Source of the DNA: Steroidobacteraceae bacterium
Lineage (GTDB): Bacteria > Pseudomonadota > Gammaproteobacteria > Steroidobacterales > Steroidobacteraceae
Reading direction: 5' to 3'
DNA length: 64,000 nt
Assembly (NCBI GenBank): GCA_040902065.1
Contig: JBBDXX010000009.1
Span: forward strand, 89,224 to 153,223
The notes beneath the pieces were generated by a model, which ran no database searches, was not told the DNA's origin, and was given only the letters and a program-made list of their open reading frames with translations. Positions 50,080-59,225 of the stretch are shown here, one piece after another. Within the stretch, counting starts at the first letter, position 1. Every line of letters begins with the position of its first letter. Position numbers and translations under genes: made by a program.

Positions 50080-50870
50080 GACTCGTAACTCTCGCCGGGC
50101 CCGGGAAAAGCGCCATCCTTGACGTCGAGATCGAAGCGGTCGAGCGCATCCTTGAACTGCTCGAAGCCGTCGGCATAGGTGCGCAGGAATTTCGGGCGGA
50201 AGCCGCTGGAAAGGCCCAGCAGGTCCTGGAGCACCAGCACCTGGCCGTCGCAGTCCGCTCCCGCGCCGATGCCGATCGTCGGCATGCGAAGCGCCGCGGT
50301 GATCTTCGACGCCAGCGGCGCCGGCACGCACTCGAGCACGAGGGCGAAGCAGCCAAACCGTTCGAGCAGCAGCGCCTCGTCGAAAATCCTGGCTGCATCG
50401 TCTTCCGACCGGCCCTGCACCCGATAGCCTGCGAGCGCATGGACCGACTGCGGCGTGAGTCCGAGGTGACCCATGACCGGCACGCCGGAACCGACGATGG
50501 CGGCGATGACATCCTCGTGGCCGTCCACGCCTTCGAGCTTCACGGCGTTTGCGCCGGCGCGCATCAGTGCCGCGACCGCGTCCATGGCCGCCGGCACGCC
50601 CTTGCGGAACGAGAGGAAGGGCATGTCGGCGACCAGGAAGCGCGTCGGCGCGCCACGCCGGACCGCGGCCGTATGCAGCGCCATCAGCTCGACCGTCGCG
50701 GCCAGGGTGTCGGGATAGCCGTGCATGACCATGGCCGCGCTGTCGCCCACCAGCAGGCTGTCGATCGTCGACGTTTCGAGCAACCGCGCGAAGCAGGCGT
50801 CGTAGCAGGTAACCATCGAGATCTTGCGCCCTTCGGCTTTTGCCGAGGCGAATTCGAGCACGGACTTCAT
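50076..50870 (-). CDS. panB: 3-methyl-2-oxobutanoate hydroxymethyltransferase
   Basis: Start at ATG 50870. Motifs: MVTCYD, LVGDSAAMVMHG, VKLEG, GHLGLTPQS, GIGAGADCDGQVLV. Confidence 0.94.
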   Translation of the reverse strand: MKSVLEFASAKAEGRKISMVTCYDACFARLLETSTIDSLLVGDSAAMVMHGYPDTLAATVELMALHTAAVRRGAPTRFLVADMPFLSFRKGVPAAMDAVAALMRAGANAVKLEGVDGHEDVIAAIVGSGVPVMGHLGLTPQSVHALAGYRVQGRSEDDAARIFDEALLLERFGCFALVLECVPAPLASKITAALRMPTIGIGAGADCDGQVLVLQDLLGLSSGFRPKFLRTYADGFEQFKDALDRFDLDVKDGAFPGPGESYES

Positions 50871-51610
50871 GCGCGTTCCCGGCCGGCGGCGGCGATGAAG
50901 GCCTTGTAGACGGGGCCGAGCGGGCTGCTGTCGAGCGCTGTCAGGTGGGCGCGGATCGTGCCGGTATCGCCCCGTGCCACGGGACCGGTCAGCGCGCCGT
51001 CTGCGGAAGCGAGCACGTTCTCGACGATCCGGAGCGGGTAACAGGCGAGCGCATCGCGGGGCGCATCGAATCGGGCGGCCATGGCCGCGAAGAACTCGCG
51101 CCACAGCACGGCTGTCATGCCGCCGGCGAGCGCGCAGAGCGCGTGGTAATACGCCTTGTCTTCGGTGCGGAGCGCAAAGCAGGGATTGGGCAATGCCGGA
51201 AACAGCGCCCTGAAATGGGCGGACGCATCGGGCTGCGCGGCATCGGCTTCCGCGAATATCGGAATCTCACGATAGAAACCGGGTTCGTAAAGCACGGCGC
51301 CGAAACTCATCAGCGGATGCGCGCCCCAGGCGCCGTCAAAGGACCGGCCACCGCAGAAGTGGACGAATGTGCGGGAAGCAAGGCCTTCGGCACGTAATTT
51401 CCCGAGCATTGGTTCGACCGCGTCGTCGGCGACCGCAAGCAGGATGATGTCGCAGTCCGCAATCGCGTCGGCCGCATCGAGTCCCTCGGCGTGCGCAAGG
51501 CGGCGCGACCACAGTTTCCAGTGGATGCCAAGGCTCGAGAAATAATGGCGCCAGTGCCGTGACAGCCGGCCGTCGCCGACGAATCCGTAAGGCGCGCGGC
51601 TGCGCGTCAT
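50867..51610 (-). CDS. Rossmann + DUF2520-like oxidoreductase (candidate PanG-type ketopantoate reductase)
   Basis: 247 aa. N-terminal GFVGDGRLS (GxGxxS dinucleotide fold) and C-terminal LTGPVARGDTGTIRAHL, which I recall as the DUF2520 hallmark. There is a 4-nt overlap with the panB start, and it is the first gene of the pan/coa operon. Confidence 0.6.
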   Translation of the reverse strand: MTRSRAPYGFVGDGRLSRHWRHYFSSLGIHWKLWSRRLAHAEGLDAADAIADCDIILLAVADDAVEPMLGKLRAEGLASRTFVHFCGGRSFDGAWGAHPLMSFGAVLYEPGFYREIPIFAEADAAQPDASAHFRALFPALPNPCFALRTEDKAYYHALCALAGGMTAVLWREFFAAMAARFDAPRDALACYPLRIVENVLASADGALTGPVARGDTGTIRAHLTALDSSPLGPVYKAFIAAAGRERA

Positions 51611-51766
51611 ATCTTCTCCGGGTACCTGTCCGAAGGATCAAGTCCCATTGCGTGCAATCGATGCCGACCCCGTCGCGGCCGCCCTCGTCGGATGGTCCGC
51701 GCCAGCAAGCTTGTAACAAATTCGGGGCGCTGCCACTAGCGGACCCGCCCGAAACCTCCGTAAATC

Positions 51767-51794
51767 CTTGAAAACCGGTTAAATTCGCGCTATT
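51767..51794 (+). promoter_or_regulatory. Candidate sigma-32 heat-shock promoter of clpB
   Basis: CTTGAAA (51767-51773), a 13-nt spacer, then GCGCTATT, which is a weak match to CCCCATNT. It lies ~65 nt upstream of the clpB ATG. The -35 match is good and the -10 match is poor. Confidence 0.3.
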
Positions 51795-51859
51795 GCAGGC
51801 TTGAATCGCCGGTCGTCCGGCCTCATGGACCGGGCAAGCCAGTTTTCCGGAGTCCTGCC

Positions 51860-54433
51860 ATGCGCATGGACCGCCTGACATCGAAATTCCAGCTCGCGCT
51901 TGCCGATGCGCAGTCGCTCGCGAATGGCCGCGACCATCAATTCATCGAGCCCGTGCATCTGCTGCTCGCGCTCCTCGATCAGGAGGGCGGTAGCACGCGG
52001 CCATTGCTCGACCGCGCCGGCGTCAACGTCAATCTGCTGCGCTCACGCCTGCTGGGCGAACTCGGACGCATCGCGAGCGTGCAGGGCGCGGAAGGCGACC
52101 TGCACCCGTCGAACGACCTGATCCGCCTGCTGAATGCCACCGACAAGCTCGCGCAAATGCGCGGCGACCAGTACCTCTCGAGCGAACTCTTCGTGCTCGC
52201 TGCCTGCGACGACCGCGGCACGGTCGGCCGCGTGGTGAAGGATTCCGGCGCCGCCAAGGCCGCCATCGAGAAGGCGATCACGGATCTGCGCGGCGGCGAG
52301 AAGATCGACGACCCGAATGCCGAGGAGCAACGCGGCGCGCTCGACAAGTTCACGCTCGACCTGACCGCGCGCGCGATCCAGGGCAAGCTCGACCCGGTCA
52401 TCGGCCGCGACGACGAGATCCGCCGCACGATCCAGGTGCTGCAGCGGCGCACCAAGAACAACCCGGTGCTGATCGGCGAACCCGGCGTCGGCAAGACCGC
52501 GATCGTCGAAGGCCTGGCCCAGCGCATCGTCAATGGCGAGGTTCCGGAAGGACTCAAGCACAAGCGCATCCTCGCGCTCGACATGGGCTCGCTGATCGCC
52601 GGCACCAAGTTCCGCGGCGAGTTCGAAGAACGCCTGAAGGGCGTCCTGAACGACCTCGCCAAGCAGGAAGGCTCGGTGATCCTGTTCATCGACGAGTTGC
52701 ACACGATGGTCGGCGCCGGCAAGGCGGAGGGCTCGATGGACGCGGGCAACATGCTGAAGCCGGCGCTGGCCCGCGGCGAGCTGCATTGCGTGGGCGCGAC
52801 CACGCTCGACGAGTACCGCAAGTACGTCGAGAAAGACGCGGCGCTCGAGCGCCGATTCCAGAAAGTGCTGGTGGACGAGCCCTCGGTCGAGGACACGATT
52901 GCAATCCTGCGCGGCCTGAACGAGCGCTACGAGGTCCACCACGGCGTCGAGATCACGGATCCCGCGATCGTCGCGGCGGCGACCCTGTCGCACCGCTACA
53001 TCAGTGACCGCCAGCTGCCGGACAAGGCCATCGACCTGATCGACGAGGCGGCGTCCCGCATCCGCATGGAGATCGACTCCAAGCCCGAGTCGCTCGATCG
53101 TCTGGAGCGGCGCATCATCCAGCTCAAGATCGAGCGCGAGGCGCTCAAGAAGGAAACCGACGAGGCGTCGAAGAAGCGCCTGGAGCAGCTGCAGGAATCG
53201 CTGACCGAACTCGAGCGGCAGTACGCCGATCTCGAGGAGATCTGGAAGTCCGAGAAAGCCGCGCTGCAGGGCACGACTCACATCAAGGAAGAGCTGGAGC
53301 GCGCCAAGACGGCGTTAGACGCCGCGCGCCGCGCCGGCGATCTCGCGCGCATGGCGGAGCTGCAGCACGGCACCATCCCGAAGCTGGAAAAGCGCCTCGC
53401 CGACGCGCACCAGGCCGAGACGAAGGCACCCCAGCTCGTGCGCAACAAGGTGGGCGAGGAGGAGATCGCGGAAGTCGTGTCCAAATGGACCGGCATCCCG
53501 GTCTCGAAGATGCTCGAAGGCGAGCGCGAGAAGCTCCTGCAGATGGAGCAGGCGATCGGCAAGCGCGTGGTCGGCCAGACCGAAGCCGTCAAGAGCGTCG
53601 CCGACGCGATCCGCCGCTCGCGGGCGGGGCTCTCCGACCCGAACCGCCCGAACGGATCATTCCTGTTCCTCGGCCCGACCGGCGTCGGCAAGACGGAACT
53701 TTCGAAGGCGCTCGCGGAATTCCTGTTCGATACCGAGGAAGCGCTGATCCGCGTGGACATGTCGGAATTCATGGAAAAGCATTCGGTCGCCCGTCTGATC
53801 GGCGCGCCGCCCGGATATGTCGGCTACGAGGAGGGCGGCTATCTGACCGAAGCCGTGCGCCGGCGCCCGTACTCCGTGATCCTGCTCGATGAGATCGAGA
53901 AAGCGCACACGGATGTCTTCAACGTGCTGCTCCAGGTGCTGGACGACGGTCGCCTGACCGACGGCCATGGCCGCACGGTCGATTTCCGAAACACCGTCGT
54001 GATCATGACCTCGAACCTCGGCTCGCAGGTGATCCAGGAGATGGCGGGGGAGGAGCACTACGACCGCATGAAGGCGGCGGTGCTGGAGATCGTCGGACAG
54101 CATTTCCGTCCCGAATTCATCAACCGCATCGATGACATCGTCGTGTTCCACCCGCTGGCGCGCGAGCACATACGCCGCATCGTCGAGATTCAGCTCGGCT
54201 ATCTGCGCCGCCGGCTTGCTGAGCGCGATATCCGGATCGAAGTCGATGCTCCGGCGCTCGACCGGCTGGGCGAGGCCGGCTTCGACCCGGTATACGGTGC
54301 CAGGCCGCTCAAGCGCGCGCTGCAGCAGGAACTCGAGAACCCGTTGGCGCAGCGCATCCTGAGGGGCGAATTCGGGCCCGGCGACACGATTACCGTTGAA
54401 GTGAAGGATGACGCGCTGGTTATGCGAAAATAA
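51860..54433 (+). CDS. clpB: Protein disaggregase ClpB
   Basis: 857 aa. Clp-N repeats, Walker [14 protein letters not shown] and [22 protein letters not shown] and [10 protein letters not shown], and a long coiled-coil M-domain. Confidence 0.97.
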   Translation: MRMDRLTSKFQLALADAQSLANGRDHQFIEPVHLLLALLDQEGGSTRPLLDRAGVNVNLLRSRLLGELGRIASVQGAEGDLHPSNDLIRLLNATDKLAQMRGDQYLSSELFVLAACDDRGTVGRVVKDSGAAKAAIEKAITDLRGGEKIDDPNAEEQRGALDKFTLDLTARAIQGKLDPVIGRDDEIRRTIQVLQRRTKNNPVLIGEPGVGKTAIVEGLAQRIVNGEVPEGLKHKRILALDMGSLIAGTKFRGEFEERLKGVLNDLAKQEGSVILFIDELHTMVGAGKAEGSMDAGNMLKPALARGELHCVGATTLDEYRKYVEKDAALERRFQKVLVDEPSVEDTIAILRGLNERYEVHHGVEITDPAIVAAATLSHRYISDRQLPDKAIDLIDEAASRIRMEIDSKPESLDRLERRIIQLKIEREALKKETDEASKKRLEQLQESLTELERQYADLEEIWKSEKAALQGTTHIKEELERAKTALDAARRAGDLARMAELQHGTIPKLEKRLADAHQAETKAPQLVRNKVGEEEIAEVVSKWTGIPVSKMLEGEREKLLQMEQAIGKRVVGQTEAVKSVADAIRRSRAGLSDPNRPNGSFLFLGPTGVGKTELSKALAEFLFDTEEALIRVDMSEFMEKHSVARLIGAPPGYVGYEEGGYLTEAVRRRPYSVILLDEIEKAHTDVFNVLLQVLDDGRLTDGHGRTVDFRNTVVIMTSNLGSQVIQEMAGEEHYDRMKAAVLEIVGQHFRPEFINRIDDIVVFHPLAREHIRRIVEIQLGYLRRRLAERDIRIEVDAPALDRLGEAGFDPVYGARPLKRALQQELENPLAQRILRGEFGPGDTITVEVKDDALVMRK

Positions 54434-54439
54434 CGGGCG

Positions 54440-54829
54440 ATGCCATTCTACGAATACCAGTGCGCCACCTGCCGGACGTATCACGAAGCACTTCAGAAGA
54501 TCACGGACGGGCCGCTGCGCAAGTGCCCGTCCTGTGGCAAGAGTACGCTTCGCAAGCTCGTGTCCGCGCCGGTCTTCCGGCTGAAGGGCGGCGGGTGGTA
54601 CGAGACCGATTTCAAGGCGGACAAGGAAGGCCAGCGCAATATCGCCGGGGATAAGGAACCGGTGGTCGAGAAGCCCAAAGAAGAAAAACCGGCAGCGGCA
54701 GTCACGGACGCACCTTTGAAACCAGCAGAGGTTCCAAAGACCACTCAGGCGACCGATAAATCAAAGCCGGACTCCACCAAGTCCTCGCCGGCACGCAAGA
54801 GACCAACACGGCAGAGAGTGCGCAAGTAA
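54440..54829 (+). CDS. FmdB-family zinc-ribbon protein with a Lys/Pro-rich tail
   Basis: MPFYEYQCATCRTYHE...LRKCPSCG (CxxC-N-CxxC zinc ribbon), then a low-complexity basic C-terminus. Confidence 0.8.
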   Translation: MPFYEYQCATCRTYHEALQKITDGPLRKCPSCGKSTLRKLVSAPVFRLKGGGWYETDFKADKEGQRNIAGDKEPVVEKPKEEKPAAAVTDAPLKPAEVPKTTQATDKSKPDSTKSSPARKRPTRQRVRK

Positions 54830-54862
54830 GCTGATCGGCGGCATCGCTGCCGGAGGTTCAGC

Positions 54863-56416
54863 GTGACAGATCCCTTAAGTTCGCGCGCCAACCAATATCT
54901 GTATATGGGCGCGATCGTCGCGCTGATCGCCATTGGCGCAACTATCCGTGCCTGGGGCGTGCTGATCAACCCTCTCGACTTATGGGCCGACGAGGCTTGG
55001 TGGGCTGAACTGCTGGAAACTCGAGGACTGACCGAGCTGGGCATCCGTCCCGTCGGATACATGTGGATCAACCGGCAGTTGCTCGCATGGGGCGACCCGG
55101 CGGTGATGCTCCGTTTGATCTCGCTGGCCGCGGGAATCGGCGCGCTCTATTTCCAATATCGAAGCGCGGAACTTTTGTTAAAGAGCCGCATCGCGGTGCT
55201 GTTTGTACTGCTGCTCGCCGCCTTCCACCCGAATCTCATCGTGTTCGCGAAGGAGTTCAAGCCATTCAGTCTGGAGGTTTTCGTATTCAGCGCACTGACT
55301 TGGGGGTCGTTGGCGGCCCTGCGCAAGGGCCGACCCGGCACCGGCTTCTGGGGCGCAGCCGTCGTGTCGCTGCCCTTTAGCTATCCGGTCGTGTTCCTGT
55401 ATCCCGCGTTGGCGCTCGCGTTTTTCGGCGAACGGCTGGCCCGCTTGCGCCGGTTCGCCTGGCCGCGGCTCGTCATCGGCGCGCTCATCGTCGTGCCACT
55501 GCTGTTCCTGCTGCATATGCTCGCTTATGACTGGTTGGATGCCGCCAGAAGCCGTCACTTCTGGGGCAACAAGTACGGCCTGTTTCCGCTGGAGAGGGGT
55601 TGGCTCGGCGGGTTCGCATGGTATGGAGAGAAGTCCTGGAATCTGCTTGCGCGTCCGGGCGCCCTCGACGCCATGCCGCCGTTCGCGTTGCACCTGTTCG
55701 CCCTCGCGGCGATCGGCGGTGTCGCATCGCTTTGGGCCGCAATGCGGCTGCGCGAGCTCGCGCTGCTGCTCGTGCCGGTGCTCACGGTCGCACTCGCGAA
55801 TCTGCTCGGCTACTGGCCGTACGGGCCGTTCCGCGCCAACCTTTTCCTGATTCCCGGCACCCTGTTGCTCATCGGGCTCGCGGTGGATTGGGTCGCCCTG
55901 CGGCCTTACCTGCGTTCCGCGGCATACGCAGCGGCCGCAGGCGCGCTGCTCGCCGTCCTCGCCCACGATCCCGCGTCGTATCGCAGGAAATCCATGGCTA
56001 ACTGGGCGCCGTCGCCGCAACTGACTGAAGTGCTGGATGCCATCGAAGATCGCCGCGATTCTTCTGCGAACGCCGGCGCGAACGTCATCATCGCGGACTG
56101 GCATTCCTGGCGGCCGATTGCCTTCTACCTTCGTCAGTATCCGGCACTGCGCGACAGTGTTCGCCTGGTACGAGGGCCGCTCGCCGACTTGCAGCGGCTC
56201 GCGGACCTTGTCGCGATGGAAGCCGAGCGCGCCGCCCTGGAGCCGCGAGCGACGCGCCTATGGATCGTCGCGACGCGACTGAATCCGCACCGCGCGATTC
56301 GCGAGGACGTCGTCGTCCAACGGCATGCTGTGTATCGGCGCGAGTTCGCGCTGCACGATCGCAATTACCACCCGATGTTGATCGAGCTGAGGCTGCCTGG
56401 CGCGCGCGAGCAGTAG
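54863..56416 (+). CDS. GT-C fold membrane glycosyltransferase (ArnT/PMT_2-like), copy 1
   Basis: 517 aa. It has ~10 or more hydrophobic helices, an acidic dyad after TM1 (LWADEAWW), and a PMT_2-like pattern MLRLISLAAGIGALYFQYRSAELLL...LLLAAFHPNLIVFAKEFKPF. The C-terminal ~150 aa appear soluble. GTG start; ATG 54905 is the alternative. Confidence 0.7.
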   Translation: MTDPLSSRANQYLYMGAIVALIAIGATIRAWGVLINPLDLWADEAWWAELLETRGLTELGIRPVGYMWINRQLLAWGDPAVMLRLISLAAGIGALYFQYRSAELLLKSRIAVLFVLLLAAFHPNLIVFAKEFKPFSLEVFVFSALTWGSLAALRKGRPGTGFWGAAVVSLPFSYPVVFLYPALALAFFGERLARLRRFAWPRLVIGALIVVPLLFLLHMLAYDWLDAARSRHFWGNKYGLFPLERGWLGGFAWYGEKSWNLLARPGALDAMPPFALHLFALAAIGGVASLWAAMRLRELALLLVPVLTVALANLLGYWPYGPFRANLFLIPGTLLLIGLAVDWVALRPYLRSAAYAAAAGALLAVLAHDPASYRRKSMANWAPSPQLTEVLDAIEDRRDSSANAGANVIIADWHSWRPIAFYLRQYPALRDSVRLVRGPLADLQRLADLVAMEAERAALEPRATRLWIVATRLNPHRAIREDVVVQRHAVYRREFALHDRNYHPMLIELRLPGAREQ

Positions 56417-56424
56417 CGCGTGGG

Positions 56425-58221
56425 CTACAACGGAACGAAGAGGGGACCCGCCGCTGGCGGCGAATCCGGTGCGCGCCGCGCGGAGGCGATGTAGAGCGCA
56501 ATGTGGCTACCTGCCGCCGTGTCTCCCGTGGCTTCGACCACGAGCCTGAGCGCACCGGCCGCGAACCGGATCACATCGCCGTCCTGGTGTAAACGGCCGG
56601 CGATCCGCACGGGTGACTCGGTCGCAAGCCGATATCGGCCTTCGAACGGCACGGTGAGTTCGAGAGGCTGGCCCGTAGTTAACCGGCCCTCGGCCCCCGC
56701 AACGCGAATCGGCCCCCAATAAACGGGATAGAAATTCCGTATCCGGTCGAGGTCCTCGGCCAGCAGTCCCGCGAGCAGCTTGCGTTCCGGATCCAGGTGG
56801 GGCGTGTTGACGAGAACGAACTCAGGCTGCGCGGCCTGCATGACTCGGGACATGAATGGCGCGCCGCGTGCGCGGTAGTCTTCCATGCCCCAAGTGCTCA
56901 TGAAGAAATTCCTCTTGCGGAAGGACGAGACCATGCCGCAGCAATCGATGTAGTCGACGGGGTCCGGGAAGATCCGGTGCACCGCCGAGAGCAGCGCACG
57001 CTGCGAGGCCTGTTGCGGTTCCCAGACGCGACGTGCCGGCGACTTCGCCTGGTAAAGCAGTCCGGCTGCGATCAGGCCGACCAGCGCGGCCAGGAGTCCG
57101 GCCGACACTCGCGTGCGAAGCAGCGCCGACAGCTGTTGCACAGCGAGACCGGCCAGGATCGCGGCGGGAGCCAACATGACGACGTAAAAGTACGGGAATG
57201 CGTTGCGATAGAACGCGATCGGCAGCAGCGCAAGCACGAGCGTCGCAGCTTGCCACCGCCGCTGCATTAACGCCGCGGCTGCACCGACCGCGATCAGCAG
57301 CCATGGCAGCGGCTGCCACTTGAAGTAGTGGGCAAGCTCGTCTGCCCGTGAAAACATCGGAACATCGAGCAGCGTCTTGCCGGCAACCCTCGCGCCATAG
57401 GCTTCCAGCGTGTCGGCGGGCGGCGCGGCGATCGCCAAGCTGTGCAGCAGCAGCAGCAATAAGGCGCCGGTGAAAGCAGCCAGCAGCATGCGGCCGCTCG
57501 CGATGGATGCAGCACGCAGCTGACCTGCCGGCCGCGCATCATCAGTTCGCTTCCTGAGAGCGAGTGCGAGGACCACCATCGGCAGGAACAACACCGTCTT
57601 GAGAGAGAGTGCGAACGCGACGCCCAGCAGCACGCCGGCATACCAGTCGCGTCCGCGCAGCGGGCCGCGACGTGTGCAGCACAGGAGCGCAGCAACGAGG
57701 AGCGGCGCCAGCAGCGAATCCACGCGGAACGAACCGCCATGCTGCAAGACCGGGAGCGCCGACAGGTAAACGAACGGCGGTACCCAGGCTGCGAATCCGC
57801 CGAGCCACCGGCGGCCGAGCAGCCACACCAGCCCGCCGGTCAAGGCGAGCAAGCCCACCATTACGAGCCTCGCGGCACGGATCTGATCGATCTCGTCACC
57901 GGACAGGCCGGTGAGCCACAGGAACAGGTGGGCGTGCGCACCCTGGAACAACTGGGTCATCGCGTCGCGAGCGTGCGCGTGGACGACGTTCAAATAGAGA
58001 AACTCGTCCCAGTTGATGTTGATCCGGCCAACGAGAAACAGCTTGTAGGCAATGAGACCAAGGCAGGCGGCGGCGAACACGGCGCAGAGCCCGCGTTCGA
58101 AAGTCCTAATCCGATCGGATACAGTGGCCGCGCCATGTGATCCAGCACTCACTGCGCCTCCCGCAGTTCCGGGGTCTGCTGCCATGGCGTTATGCTGGAC
58201 GTTCCGCGTCGCCGCAGGCAA
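56425..58221 (-). CDS. GT-C fold membrane glycosyltransferase (ArnT/PMT_2-like), copy 2
   Basis: 598 aa. It has many TM helices, an acidic dyad after TM1 (ININWDEFLYLN), and AARLVMVGLLALTGGLVWLLGRRW. The C-terminal ~200 aa appear soluble. The start is uncertain (58221 or ATG 58185). It is convergent with copy 1 and divergent from the GT2 gene. Confidence 0.7.
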   Translation of the reverse strand: MPAATRNVQHNAMAADPGTAGGAVSAGSHGAATVSDRIRTFERGLCAVFAAACLGLIAYKLFLVGRININWDEFLYLNVVHAHARDAMTQLFQGAHAHLFLWLTGLSGDEIDQIRAARLVMVGLLALTGGLVWLLGRRWLGGFAAWVPPFVYLSALPVLQHGGSFRVDSLLAPLLVAALLCCTRRGPLRGRDWYAGVLLGVAFALSLKTVLFLPMVVLALALRKRTDDARPAGQLRAASIASGRMLLAAFTGALLLLLLHSLAIAAPPADTLEAYGARVAGKTLLDVPMFSRADELAHYFKWQPLPWLLIAVGAAAALMQRRWQAATLVLALLPIAFYRNAFPYFYVVMLAPAAILAGLAVQQLSALLRTRVSAGLLAALVGLIAAGLLYQAKSPARRVWEPQQASQRALLSAVHRIFPDPVDYIDCCGMVSSFRKRNFFMSTWGMEDYRARGAPFMSRVMQAAQPEFVLVNTPHLDPERKLLAGLLAEDLDRIRNFYPVYWGPIRVAGAEGRLTTGQPLELTVPFEGRYRLATESPVRIAGRLHQDGDVIRFAAGALRLVVEATGDTAAGSHIALYIASARRAPDSPPAAGPLFVPL

Positions 58222-58235
58222 GGCTGATCGATGAC

Positions 58236-59213
58236 ATGACTTCCCCCGAATCGCGCAAACTGATCATCCAGGTGCCGTGCTACAACGAAGAGGAATCGCT
58301 TCGTGCCACTCTGCAGGCGCTCCCGCGGAGCGTCAGCGGCTTCGACATCGTCGAAATTCTCGTCATTGACGACGGCAGCCGCGATGCTACCGCGAAAATC
58401 GCCAGGGAATGCGGCGTCGAACACCTGGTGTCGTTCGGGCACAACCAGGGCCTTGCCAAGGCATTCATGGCCGGAGTCGAGGCCAGCCTGATCGCGGGCG
58501 CCGACGTGATCGTCAATACCGATGCCGACAACCAGTATGCCGCGTCCTCGATCGAGGATCTCGTACGGCCGATAGTCGATGGCACGGCCCAGATCGTCGT
58601 CGGGGCCCGTCCGATCGCGGAGGTTCGCGAGTTCTCGTTCCTGAAGAAGCTGCTGCAATGGATCGGGAGCGCGGTCGTCAGGCTGGCCAGCGGCACCCAG
58701 GTGCCCGATGCGCCGAGCGGCTTTCGCGCTTTTCACCGTGACGCGGCGATGCGTTTTTACGTATTCGGAAACTACACTTATACGCTCGAAACCATCATCC
58801 AGGCGGGTCGCAAGAACATTCCGATCACATCGGTTCCGATCCGGGTCAATCCCGTGGCGCGGCCTTCGCGGCTGGTGAAGAGTTCAGCGTCCTATGTCTA
58901 CCGATCGGTATTGAGCATCCTGCGGATTTTCGTGCTCTACAAGCCACTTCGGTTCTTCCTCGTGGCGGGCACTGTGTTTCTGGTGCCCGGCACGGCCCTC
59001 GGCATCCGGTTCATTTACCTGTATGTGACCGGCGACGGCAGCGGTCACGTGCAGTCGCTGATCCTGGCGGCCGTCCTGATACTGACCGCGATCATCGTCT
59101 ATGCGGTTGGCCTGCTCTCGGACCTGACGGCTGCAAACCGGGCGCTGCTGGAAGACGTCAGGATGCGCATGCTGCGACGCGAGATCCTGCACCGGCAAGG
59201 CAGGCAAGCCTGA
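58236..59213 (+). CDS. GT2 polyprenyl-phosphate sugar synthase-like glycosyltransferase (GtrB/ArnC/Dpm1-like)
   Basis: Start at ATG 58236. Motifs: IQVPCYNEEES, VIDDGSRDAT, TDADNQY (DxD). Two C-terminal TM helices (FFLVAGTVFLVPGTALGIRFIYL, LILAAVLILTAIIVYAVGLL) match GtrB/ArnC architecture. Confidence 0.88.
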   Translation: MTSPESRKLIIQVPCYNEEESLRATLQALPRSVSGFDIVEILVIDDGSRDATAKIARECGVEHLVSFGHNQGLAKAFMAGVEASLIAGADVIVNTDADNQYAASSIEDLVRPIVDGTAQIVVGARPIAEVREFSFLKKLLQWIGSAVVRLASGTQVPDAPSGFRAFHRDAAMRFYVFGNYTYTLETIIQAGRKNIPITSVPIRVNPVARPSRLVKSSASYVYRSVLSILRIFVLYKPLRFFLVAGTVFLVPGTALGIRFIYLYVTGDGSGHVQSLILAAVLILTAIIVYAVGLLSDLTAANRALLEDVRMRMLRREILHRQGRQA

Positions 59214-59225
59214 TTCCGACAACCG

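Noticed and set aside
54440-54829. Whether the FmdB-like zinc-ribbon gene plus the neighbouring genes form a toxin-antitoxin or defence module.
   Set aside because: No partner with nuclease, toxin or ATPase features is adjacent. Its neighbours are clpB and a GT-C glycosyltransferase. FmdB-type zinc ribbons are widespread stand-alone small proteins.
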